Source of the DNA: Chiloscyllium plagiosum
Taxonomy: Eukaryota
Assembly: GCF_004010195.1 (NCBI RefSeq)
Contig: NC_057754.1
Location: forward strand, 1,818,306-1,882,305
DNA: 64,000 nucleotides
Direction: 5' to 3'
A program made the translations under genes and the position numbers. Below, in pieces: positions 53,341 to 64,000 of this stretch. Numbering within the stretch: the first letter of the stretch is position 1; the number at the start of each line of letters is the position of its first letter. The notes beneath the pieces were generated by a model that was not told the DNA's origin, did not search any database, and saw only the letters and a program-made list of their open reading frames with translations.

Positions 53341-53668
53341 TGATGGAAGGAGTTGTTGACATTCTACCCAGCAACATTTGGTCAGCAGTAACCTGCTCAC
53401 TGCTCACTGACACACAGTTTGGGTTCTGCCAGGCCCATGAGGATCCAGATCACAAAAGAGCTGAACTCCATAGATAAGGTGGAGATTCAGGTGGATTTTG
53501 ACAGCAAGGCAGCATTTGACTGAACATGGCATCAAGGAACCCTAGAACATCTGGAGTAAGTGGGAATGGGGAAACCTTTCCACTAATGGAGTCATACTGA
53601 ATATAAGGGAACACATTTGTGGTTTTTGGAGGTCAATCATCTTAGTCCCTACACACCAGTGTAGGAGT

Positions 53669-55205
53669 TGATATAGTGTACGTGGACTTTAAAAGCCATT
53701 TGAGACAGTGCCACACAACAGACTTGTGAAGAATGTTATAGATGATGAAATAAAAGGGACAGAAACAACATGATTACTAAATTGGCTGAGTGATAAGAAA
53801 CAGTAATGATTTGTGGGTTTTTTCTTTGGGCTGGAGGAATACTTGTTGTTCAGTTTCCCAGGAGTTGGTACTAGACACTTGCTTACAAATATGTTTGTAT
53901 GATCTAGATCTTGGGAACAATGTCAAAGTTTGTGAATAGCACAAACTTGAAAAAATTGTAACTGAGAGTCTCGAACTCCAAAAGGATATAGACAGCTTGG
54001 TGGAGTGGGTTTGAAGACGACAGATGAACTTCAGTGCAGAGAAGCGAGGTGATTCACTTTGGAACGAAGAACATGGGAGACCAGGTAAAACGTATGCAGC
54101 AGCTAAGAAATCTGGGTGTTGTGCGTAAGTCATTAAAAGTGGCAGGACAAGGGAGGTATTAATCTATACAGTCTTCCAGGCTTTATTCGTGAGGGTACAC
54201 TTTACAAGGGCAGGGAAGTTCATGTTGAACTTATCTTGGGCACTGGCTAGACCTCAGCTGGAGAATTGTATGAAGCAAGTAAAGTCGCCTTTGTCCCAGA
54301 GGATTATAGGGCTGTTCCCTCATAAAGAAAGACAACTGGCATTGTGTTTAACCTGAAGGTTAGCATACCTCAGGTGAGCAAGGGTTGAGAAGGCAGCACT
54401 TTCGTGGTGACCTTAGCCATTACAGAAATTGAAACCATGCTGCTAGTGTCCCTCTGCATCGCAAACTAGTCTTCGTCTTCTGAGGTCACTTAGTTCAGCT
54501 GGCTTGACAGCAGGTAATGCAGACTGACAGCAACAGAGTGGATTCAATTCCAGTGCTAGCTGAGGTCAGCATGAACCTTGCCTGAGTCATGGTGACCCTC
54601 CAATTAAACCCAGTACCAGTTCTCTCTCTAATGAGAGAGCAGCCCTCTGAACATTGTGTACAGTTCTGGGTGCCACCTGATGGACATGAATGCTTTCGTG
54701 AGTGTAGAAGAGGTTTTCGATAAGGGTTCCAGGTCTGAGAAACTTCAGTTATGAGGATAGATTGCTGAAGTTGGGATTGCTTTCCTTGGAAACAAAACGT
54801 CTGGTGCAAGTTTCCAAAATTGCGAGGGCTCTGAACAGAATAGGTAGGGAGAAGCAAACAAAAACAGCTGGAGAAACTCAGCTGATATGGTAGCATCTGT
54901 GGAAAGAAAACAGAGTGAACATTTCGGCAATTTCAGTTTTTTTTTTGTTTCAAATTTCCAGCATCCACAGTTTATTTGTTTTACTTTAGTAAAGTTTACA
55001 AAAGAAGCAAAGATGAGTTTTCACACAGCAAGTGTTTGGAATGCAGTGCCAGGTAGTGTAGTGGAGGCAGGTTCATTTGAGGCATTTAAGAGGATATGGA
55101 TGATTATCTGAAGATAAATAATGCCCAGGATTATGCAGGAATTTGGCATGAAGTCAAAATTCTCAGAGCTGCTACAAACATGATGTGACAAACCTTCTTC
55201 TGAAC
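53669..55205 (+). mobile_element. Old CR1-type LINE RT-to-tail remnant with nested insertions
   Basis: DIVYVDF*KPF, QMNFSAEK, ALARPQLEN, VWNAVPGSVVEAGS. Confidence 0.75.
54277..54650. mobile_element. Head-to-head pair of family-3 tRNA-headed SINEs
   Basis: Minus copy ~54277-54480 and plus copy ~54484-54650, both similar to 26512-26737. Confidence 0.7.
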
Positions 55206-55299
55206 CATAACATTTGTGATTCTGAGTTCCTCTGGATAGTGTCCTATGTCCAGTCATCTTCAGTTCCTGAATCAGTGACCTTACCTCAACCTTAAAGTT

Positions 55300-55985
55300 A
55301 GAGATGGGCTGTTTGCTAATGTTTGTACAATTCAGAATTGCAACTTCTCAAATACTGAAGTAACCAATGCCATTTACAGCACAACCTGGACAACCTCCAA
55401 GCTTGGGTTGGTGAGTGATAAGTAACATCCTCATCACAGAAGTGCCAAGCAATAGTGAGGCAATGGCCTAATTATATTATTGCAGGGTTTTTTATTCAGA
55501 CATAATTTTCTGGGGATCTGGATTCAAATTTCACCATAGCAGATGGTGGGATTTGAATTCAATAAATTAGGACTGTCATGATGACCTTGAAACCATTGTC
55601 AATTGTCAGAAAAACCCATCCAGTTCACTAATGCCCTTCAGGGAAGGAAATCTGCTATCCTTACCTGCTCCGGCCTACATTTAACTCCAGACCCACAGCA
55701 ATTAGGGATGGGTAATAAATACCAGTGATGCCCTCACCCCTTGAATTAATTAAAAACAACTTCATCTCTAATTAGTGAGAATATCATTGTCTTCCCATGT
55801 CATTTGATGGCATTATCATTGCTGAATCCTTTACTATCTAAATCCTGGGGATTAATGTTGAGTGGAAACTGAACTGGAGTAATAATTTAAGTACTATGAC
55901 TGGTCAGAGGATAGGAATTCTGCAAAGAGTATTTCATTTTCTGACTCCCCAAAGCCTATTCACATCTACAAGGCAGAGTCAGGAA
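55300..55985 (+). mobile_element. Second LINE family RT fragment with nested family-2 SINE (55457-55755)
   Basis: GLFANVCT (FADD-like), TGAAGTAACC...CTGGACAAC; SINE core GGAAGGAAATCTGCTATCCTTACC. Confidence 0.65.
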
Positions 55986-55999
55986 TATGATTGTGGAGA

Positions 56000-57080
56000 A
56001 AGCTGGAAAATGGAGTTTAATGTTGGAAAATGTGCAATTGTCTATCTGTTAGAAAGAATAAATAAAATAATATCCCCTAAATAGTGAGTGTGAAAGGTTG
56101 GTGTGCAAAGACAGCAAATAATTAGGAAAATTAGTGGAATGCTACTGTTTGTGAGGGGCAATTGAATACAACAGTAGGGAAGTCATGTTTCAGTTATACA
56201 GAGCATTGGTAAGACCATACCTGGAGTACTATTTACAGTATTGGTCACCCCATTTAAGGAAGAATACAAATGCATTGACAACAGTAGAGAGAAGGTTTAT
56301 TAAACTCAGTGAGAATGTGTTGGTTATCTTATGAGGAAAGGCTGGACTGTTCGGCTTATTCACTGGTATTTGGAAGAATAACACGCAACTTGATAGAAGT
56401 ATATAAGATCAAGATAGGTCTTCACAAAGTTGCATGTGGAAGGATGTTTGCTCATGGGAGAATCTAGAGCTAAGGGTGACTACTTCACAATTTCAAATGC
56501 TATTTAAGACAGAGAAAAGGAGATTTTGTTCCCTTGAAGAAGAGACAGCCTCACACCTTCAATGCATTATCTGTGCTGACATAGCACCTATTGTTAAAGT
56601 TCACTTGAGAATGTAACTTTACAAAGAAGTTCTAGGATTTATATATGAAAGAACTGAAACCAACATGGTCATTCTCAAAGATGAGAGGCTTAACAAACAG
56701 TCCAGGTCTTTTTAAATATATAATTTCAGTTACATCACATTGTAAATGCTGTGTCTTATGATCTTATACTCCACAACCACCTGGTGAAGGAACAGCACTT
56801 AAAAAGCTTGTGCTTCCAAATAAACCTGTTAGACTATAACCTGGTGTTGTGATTTTTAACTTTGTACACCCCAGTCCAACACTGACACCTCCAAATCAAA
56901 GAAGATTGAAAGTCTTTGGAACCCTTTTTGACAAGAGGAGTTGGTAATAGAGTACTAGCATGTTTTTTAAGTCAGATTTTTGGTAAGCAAGTGGATGAAA
57001 GATTTTTGTGGGTAGTTAAAATGTGAAATTATTAGATCAGCCATGATTTTAATGAACAGTGGACGGGTTCTAATTCATAT
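56000..57080 (+). mobile_element. CR1-type LINE 3' fragment, interrupted by a PLE
   Basis: WKMEFNVGKC, LYRALVRPYLEY. Confidence 0.8.
56540..56897 (+). mobile_element. PLE family-B 3' end with decayed hammerhead
   Basis: CACCTGGTGAAGGAACAGCACTTAAAAAGCTTGTG...AAACCTGTTAGACTATAACCTGGTGTTG...CACCTCCAAATC; reverse complement of 29330-29960. Confidence 0.8.
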
Positions 57081-58171
57081 ATTTCTGGTACATTGCACTT
57101 GACTGGATAAATGCAGCTGCAACCACGTTGGAGAGGAGGAACACTCTCCAGGAAATAGCGGTCCACTTGATTATCACTCCATTCGTGACTTTCAATATTC
57201 ACTCCCTTCCCCATTGATGCTCAGTGACAGCAAAGTGTACTATATACATGATGCAGTACAGGAACTCACCAATGCTCCTTCAATAGTACCTACCAACCTA
57301 CAACCTCTGTCATATAGGACAAGGGCATTGAATACCCTGGCAATACCACCACATGCAGGCTCACCTCTAATCCATGCACCACCTTGATCTTCAATTGCTG
57401 TTCCTTCAGTGTTGCTGACTCAAAATTGTGGAGCACTCTTCCTAACCGTGCTGTGGATGCATCACAGTGGAAGCAGTTCACAAAAGCAGATCCCCACCAT
57501 CTTGTCAAGGACAATTTGGAATTACCAAGAAATGTTTGCTCAGCCAGCAATGTCTACACACCATTACTGAACAAATAAAAATAAGAGTTTTCAGTCTTTG
57601 TGAGTGTCTTCCTGTCATACACATTCTGGCAGTTTTCTATTGCTTTGAATCAGCACTTGTGCACTGCAAGCAGGCAAAGGAGGTATCATTTAAAACAGTC
57701 ATCCTTCACCAGGCAGCATTCACAACAATTAGTAGTTTCTAATGCAAAAGAAACAAAAAAAACATTAGCAACTTCTTATAGTGAATTGTTCAAAACATTC
57801 AGTACCTAACAGTATTGTTAATGCACCACCTCCTCCTCAATAGATTCTGACCATGTGTTGTTATTATTTGTTATTGTGAAAAAGACTAATTAAATTTAGA
57901 AAATCATAATTTAATAGGTGTATCCTGTTCACTTACAAATAGAATAGATGAGATTTTCTTTCGACCATAAAACACACCATGTTCTTCAGCAATGAGTTCT
58001 CTTTATGCCAGATAGCCAGCTTGATGACCTTGTGTCAGCTGACATCAAATTAAATACTTTTGACTTCCAAAAAACTGTGTCTTCTCCTTTCTCTCTCCCT
58101 CTTCCTCTCTCTATACTATTTTTGTTTATCTTTCAGGCTCTTCCCTTTGAGTCCTTTTTGATATTTTACTA

Positions 58172-58415
58172 ACTAACCTGTTCTGAGATGTTTTTACACA
58201 CCTTGGGAATAGATGGAGCTTGAACCCACGTCTTCCGGTTCAGAGGTAGTCATGTGCCACAAGATTCCCCCTCCCCTCTACCCTTGCCCCCCCCCCCCCC
58301 ACGTTGATCATTTTGTATATTTCTCTAATCAGTGTGTTCAGAGATGTTGTCACACACCTCTAGAACAGTCGGATTTCAACCTGGGCCTCCTGGCTCAATG
58401 GTAGGGATACTACCT
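58172..58415 (-). mobile_element. Two tandem family-4 short SINEs separated by a C-rich tract
   Basis: TGTTCTGAGATG...CTTGAACCC and TGTTCAGAGATG...TTTCAACCTGGGCC...GGGATACTACC. Confidence 0.55.
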
Positions 58416-58661
58416 TTTTGAGATGTAGAGTGTTAAAGACCAGGCCAGACTTCCTCAAAACATTTTAAGAAGCTAGCCTAGATCCTAACAAGAGGGAGCA
58501 GCAGAATATAAATTAATATGAGAGATCAGAGGCCTAGTAGAGGATAAATTGAGACTCAGGATCAGGGACTTCAACCTAAAAGCAAGGGAGGAGGCAGCAG
58601 GGGCCAAATAAGAGCAAGTGATGGCTAAATGGTATTATTGCCAGACTGTTAATCTAGGACT

Positions 58662-58728
58662 GAGAGTGTGGTCCTCGAAAAGCGGAGCAGGAGAATTGAC
58701 GTTTCAGGTAAAACCCCTTCATCAGGAA
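58662..58728 (-). mobile_element. 67-bp PLE family-A mini-insertion (essentially a hammerhead) with perfect 15-bp TSD, inside a family-2 SINE
   Basis: TSD TGTTAATCTAGGACT at 58647-58661 and 58729-58743; minus strand TTCCTGATGAAGGGGTTTTACCTGAAACGTC. Confidence 0.85.
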
Positions 58729-60898
58729 TGTTAATCTAGGACTCATGTTCTGGGGTTCCAGGTTCGAATCCTGCCAAATTGTGGAGTTTGAATTCAGTAA
58801 AAATTTGGAATTAACCATCTGATAATGACCACAGATCCAAAGCTAATTATCCTTTAAGGAAGGAAACCACCATCCTGACCTGATCTAGCCTACATGTGAC
58901 TCCACATCTGTACAGAGCTGAGACTGAATTCCTTGGAGGGTGTTCTGCCAGTGCTGTTGGGAGGCCTTCATGATAACTTGTCAGGGGTGTAGGAACCAAG
59001 AGAGATTAGTCGAGAAAAATTCTCAGGTTAACAAAATACTTAGGGATACAGTTGGCACTAGCATAGAGAAAAGTAAGCCAATATGTGGAGTTGCAGTAAG
59101 AGACAAAGAAATGAAGCCTAAATCAGGGTTACAATGCATATATGTGAATGCTCAGAGTATAGTAACTAAGAATGGAGTTACAGGCACACATTGCCACGTA
59201 GAAATATGATGCTGTAGTGAGACCTAGATCAAAGAAAGGCAAGACATGAATGTTCAATATTCCTGGGTACAAGGTGTTCAGAAAAGGTAGGAAAGGGGGG
59301 AAGGGGTGACAGTCGTGGTTAAAGACAGCATTGCAGTGCTGGAGAAAGAGGATGTCACAGTGGGTTCAAGGAAAGAAGCAATTTTGCTAGAGCTAAGGAA
59401 CAAAAAGGGTGCTGGGATAGTATGCTAGAAATGAAGACCTGCAGGATTCCCCGATTTATCTGCCTTTCTGACATTAGTTGACAGAAAGCACAGGGAACGT
59501 TCTTGTTAAGTGCAGAAATGATCATTTATTAGAAATAAATTGAGTTTAGCTGCACATAAATAATTATGAACCATTGGCCTATACCCGCACTCGTCAAAAT
59601 TCTAACCCACTTATAAACTTCTCTATAAACATATACGGACAGACACGAATAGGGAAAGAAACATGATTGTTATAGGTAGAGGGTAAAACAGGAAAGAAGT
59701 TCAATAGTTCCTTTTCACAAGATTTGCTGAGGTGATTCTTGTGCTGATCAGGACGCTGGCTGCTGCTTAACCTTCCCTTCTGCAAATGCTATCACTTGAT
59801 TGTAGGAAGCACCAGGTCATTGGTTTACATCTACGAAGGTCTCTGACTTATTATTTAAAAGTCTCATCTTGTAACAAATGCTGAAAGGAAAATAAACTGG
59901 TTTTCTTCAAGCTTAATGTGATTTTACTGCAGAGAACAGAGCTTCTGAGCTTACAGAAATCTGATACTTTTTCCCTACTTTGTTCATAGCACCAAACTAT
60001 TCTGCTACCTAGGAGTGAATCACATAGTTATTGGCTGGTAAAAGTCCTTTGTCATCCATAAATGGTTACTAATCCACAAACCAATCAGATATTGGTTGAA
60101 TTTCCTTTTGTACATACCCCTGGCTCCAGTTCCTTTGTAAACCTTTCCCTACTGCTTGAGACAGCAGATGTGTAAACAGTGCTTACAATGAGTATCAGGT
60201 TACCTGTTTTGAAAAAATTGCAATAATCCAACAACAATCCATGCTTTAAAAAGATGTTCTTTTCTTACTTCAGTCTAAAGTCAAATATATAGCAAAATAA
60301 AAAGATATGTTATTTACGCTTCCCATGCATTCTCTCCACAAAAAATGTCTCAGCTTCACGTAGAAAAAATAATCAAACTGATATTTTTAGGAAACCAAAG
60401 AGTTGTAGTGGAATTTTTGTGTAAAATTGATTCGCTAAGGCCTCTAAGAGGACAAAAGTTCAGCATGAAGCATGTGTAACATCTGTGCAGATATGTAGAG
60501 CTGGAACTTTGGATTGCAAAGAAAATAGATGAGACTAAATTAAATACTCTAAGGAGAAGGCTTCAGATATACAGTTGAAATCAGGAAGAAACAATGCATT
60601 TCAAATAACACAGTTTGGATTAGCCTTAAATAGCAAATTGTAAGCAACATAATGAGGATGAAAATGCTTCATTTATTTGGATGTGTTTAGGCTGTTAAAA
60701 GAGAAGCTACCAGAGTGAAGCTCTGTCTGGTTTCAAAGGAATGAAAAAGGTCAATTTAATGCAAAATAGCAAATTGAAACTGGACTTGGTTTCTTTCATC
60801 CAATATGTTTGCAGACTTCAGTACAAAAATATTGGCTGATGCTTCTGCACAGTTTAGAGAAAGGCCAGCACTGTATTTTGTATGACACATTAAACTGG

Positions 60899-62544
60899 GG
60901 GTCAAAAAGTGTGGTGCTGGAAAAACAGAGCCAGTCAGGCTGCATCCGAGGATCAGGAGAGTTGACGTTTTGAGCATAAGGTCTTCATCAGGAATCGCTG
61001 CCAGAATCACCACTCACCGCCTACATAACTGCCTCCGTGATTGCTGCCAGAACCACCACCGCTGCTGCCAAGACAACCACCTTGGCAATCGCCGCGAGAA
61101 CATCAATGCCTCCGCAATCACAACCAGGATCACCGCCTCCACCAAGACAACCGCCTCTGCGATCTCTACCAGAACCACTGCCACCGAGACAATCGCCTCT
61201 GTGATCTCTACCAGAACCATTGCCACCTAGACAACCGCCTCTGCGATTGCCTCCAGGATCACTACCTCCGCAATCGCCTCTAGAACCAGCACCACTTCTG
61301 CGATTACTGCCGAAACCACCACTGCTCACTGACAGAACCACCACCACAGCCACCAGGATCGCAGACTCCGTGATCACTGCCTCCACAATCGTCGTCAGAA
61401 CCACCGCCGCCAAGACAACTGCCTCCGCGATCACTGCCAGAATCACCACTACAGCCACAAGATAACTGCCTCTTCGATTGGTGCCAGAACCTTCATGATC
61501 GCCGTCAGGATCACTGCCTCCATGATTGTCACCAGAACGACCACCACTATATGCCAAGACAACAACCTCTGCGATTGCTGCCAAGATAAACATCTCTGCG
61601 ATCACCGCCAGGATCACCGCTTCCACAATCACTGCCAGAACCACTACTTCTGCCGCCAGGGCAACTGCCTCTGCATCACCACCAGAACCATCACCATCTC
61701 CGTGCTCACCGCCTCTGAGATAGCTGTCAGAACCACCACTGTCAAGATAACTGCCTCCGCGATCGCCGCCAGATCATCACTGCCTCTGCAATTGCCACTA
61801 GAACCACCGCCGCTAAGGTAACCGCCTCCGCGATCGCCGCCAGACCATCAGTGTCTCTGCAATTGCCACCAGAACCACCGCCGCTAAGGTAACTGCCTCT
61901 GAGATCGCCGCCAAAACCTCCGTGATCACCATCAGGATCACCATCACCACAATTGCTGCCATAACCACCACCACTCTCCACGAAGACGACCGCCTCTGTG
62001 ATCGCTGCCAGAACCACCACCACTGCCGCAAGGTAACTGCCTCCGTGATTGCCACCAGAATCTCTGTGATCGCTGCCAAAATCTCCAGAAACTGCTCTCC
62101 CTCCGATCCTCCGCTCCACATACAGCCATACGCCACCATCTACTCTCCCTGCAGTCAGCCTTGCCTCAGCTCAGGGCCACACTCTCTCCCAGACCCACAA
62201 AGGACTTCTGCTGTTCTTCATCCTGAGACAAATCCAGACAGCCAGCAAGTGCTTTTTCTCAAGCTTAACTGACATCAAGGAATGTAAGTTCATCAGACTT
62301 TCACATACTTACCTCCAAACTTGAGATTCCTTGATCATTCCAGAACTATCTCCCAATCTCCAAAATCGCTCGGATGCCATCACAGCAAACAATGATGTCA
62401 CTTCTGCCCCCGCCTCCCCACAGACTGCAACCACCACCGACTATACCGCCTCCGTGATCACCGCCAACACAACTGCCTTCGCGATCGCTACCAGAACCAC
62501 TGCTGCTGAAACCACCACGAAGGCTACCTCTTACATTCTCCCTC
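60899..62544. mobile_element. PLE-associated insertion: inverted family-A pLTR, expanded triplet-periodic minisatellite and probable PLE ORF N-terminal remnant
   Basis: TSD CACATTAAACT at 60886-60896 and 62545-62555; splits a Deu-type SINE (~60790-60898 and 62545-62745). Confidence 0.7.
60994..62085 (+). repeat. Variable-unit GC-rich minisatellite (ATCGCCGCCAGAACCACC...ACTGCCTCCGCG)
   Basis: About 30 degenerate units, mostly 15-48 bp; reads IAARTTTAKITASA in one frame, broken by frameshifts; smaller patch at ~62420-62525. Confidence 0.9.
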
Positions 62545-63299
62545 CACATTAAACTAAGACCCCCATCTATCCAATTGGTCTATTTAAAGAAGAGGGGAGA
62601 GTTAGTCCTTATTCAATATAGCTGATCACTACCTGTTTTCTGTGCACAAATTGGATGCCATTTCCAAAATCGCAACGATTCAAATGTTCTGGCAATAAAG
62701 TGCTTTGAAAAGTCTTGATGCATAAGAGATTAATCTTCCTTTTATATGAAAGTAACAACCTTTTAGGAGAGGGAAGTGGTCAATTTGTTTCAATAAATCT
62801 CACTTTTACTGAGACAATTCTCTCATTACCCATTGAACCCCATTTTGTCCCTGAAAGCTCATCTACAAAAATCCATTTACACTTTGCCTTGAAGACAGAG
62901 CCACAAACTCAGCAGTTTGATCCTGAGAGCCAATAGGCATTCTTACCATCTAATATGTGCTAAGGTGGGACCACACCAATACACAGTACTACTTTCAGAG
63001 TGCCATCAATGGAAAAGTTGGGGTAGGGTATGTATTCCTTCATGAACAAATCTAAATCCAGAAGTAAATGCAAGCAAAGGCTATTTCAAAAGGCTGATTG
63101 TGTTTTCATCTCTGCTTTTCGCTCAATGGGAATACATATATATAATAAAAACTGTGAGCTTCCCACGACATTGCATTTGGGGCTTTCCATTTGCAAGATG
63201 AGCCTTCGTGTGTCTAAATCTTTGATTAAAATTTGGGAGTGGATGTAACAGTAGCCTGAGGAATTCTGTGAGAATATTTCACGGTAGTTTGAAGTCAGG

Positions 63300-63410
63300 T
63301 TTCCTTTCCTTCTCTATCAGAAAGCACCCACTTCAAAAATACTTCATTGATTATTAAGTGCTTCAGCACGTCTGAGATTCTGATAGGCGAGATATAAATG
63401 CAAGTCTTTT
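63300..63410 (+). mobile_element. Deu-type SINE 3' tail
   Basis: CACTTCAAAAATACTTCATTG...ATATAAATGCAAGTCTTTT. Confidence 0.6.
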
Positions 63411-63920
63411 ATGTGGTGTGCTATGTAATTGAAAGTGCTTTGGACTGCTAGAATTCTATTTACTGCGAGATGGTTTGGCCCAATGAAAATTTATGCATTA
63501 GCATTCAGTGATTAGATCCAATGTGTTTATCATAATTTGAATTTGGGTCTCAGTCTGTATTTACAGATAGTGAGAGTTGAAATATATGCTGAGGCTATGA
63601 TGAGTGTATATTTTAACTCTCTCATTTTTTTTACAGCAAATTCTTCACTGATGGGAGGAGGCGGAGGTGAGTATTTTGGCTTTGATATTCCTACTGCTTT
63701 GTATAATGTAAACATCGAGTCAGTTAGATGGGTGTTTATATGTGCACGTTGAAACCCCAATCTTTAATCCCCTGGACTGTATTAAAATCTTTTCTGGAGT
63801 AAAATTGATGCAAAGATTCCACTTAGAAGCTACAAGATCCACTCTGGTATGACATGGAGGTAAAATCTCAGCACCACCATGATTCCACACACACCTTCAA
63901 TATTAACTTTCCTCTCTTAG

Positions 63921-64000
63921 TGTGGAGGAGCTGGTATTGGACTGGGGTGGACAAAGTTAAAAATCACACAACACCAGGTTATAGTGCCAGCAGGTTTATT
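63921..64000 (-). mobile_element. PLE family-B terminus (cut by window edge)
   Basis: TTGGACTGGGGTGGACAAAGTTAAAAATCACACAACACCAGGTTATAG. Confidence 0.85.

Larger units (their letters stand above)
52918..53668 (+). mobile_element. Second LINE family RT fragment
   Basis: ILQPVSFTPDQIKKW..., LLTDTQFGFCQ, FDSKAAFD*TWHQG. Confidence 0.7.

Noticed and set aside
59422..60330. Possible long solo LTR on the minus strand
   Set aside because: Composition is suggestive but I could not define termini or a TSD
60994..62085. Functional mucin or antifreeze glycoprotein gene, or CRISPR-like array
   Set aside because: Repeated frameshifts and stops, no signal peptide or splice structure, degenerate units without unique spacers, and it lies inside a TSD-flanked insertion

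Overview
AT-rich, CpG-depleted vertebrate DNA, almost certainly elasmobranch (shark) judging by HE1-type V-SINEs and partner CR1/HER1-like LINE tails. It is intronic or intergenic: I found no convincing host protein-coding exon. A large part is nested retroelement debris: CR1-type LINEs, a second CR1/L2-group LINE, a Rex1/Babar LINE, HE1 and Deu-domain SINEs, three other tRNA-headed SINEs, a solo LTR, and Penelope-like elements (PLEs). There is a 500-N gap at 26902-27401. The most interesting signal is PLE-associated. At least three PLE families carry minimal type I hammerhead ribozymes (CUGANGA, one extra nt, stem II, GAAA, palindromic ACGU/AGCU, cleavage site). Many short fold-back pLTR insertions are flanked by 11-17 bp target-site duplications (TSDs), and their junctions cluster at the 5' edge of the ribozyme. 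Two other oddities: a perfect 88-bp duplication enclosing a 40-bp piece of CR1 reverse-transcriptase coding sequence, and a 1.65-kb TSD-flanked insertion carrying an expanded Thr/Ala-coding minisatellite. Family names come from recognition, not database searches, and boundaries of old elements are approximate.
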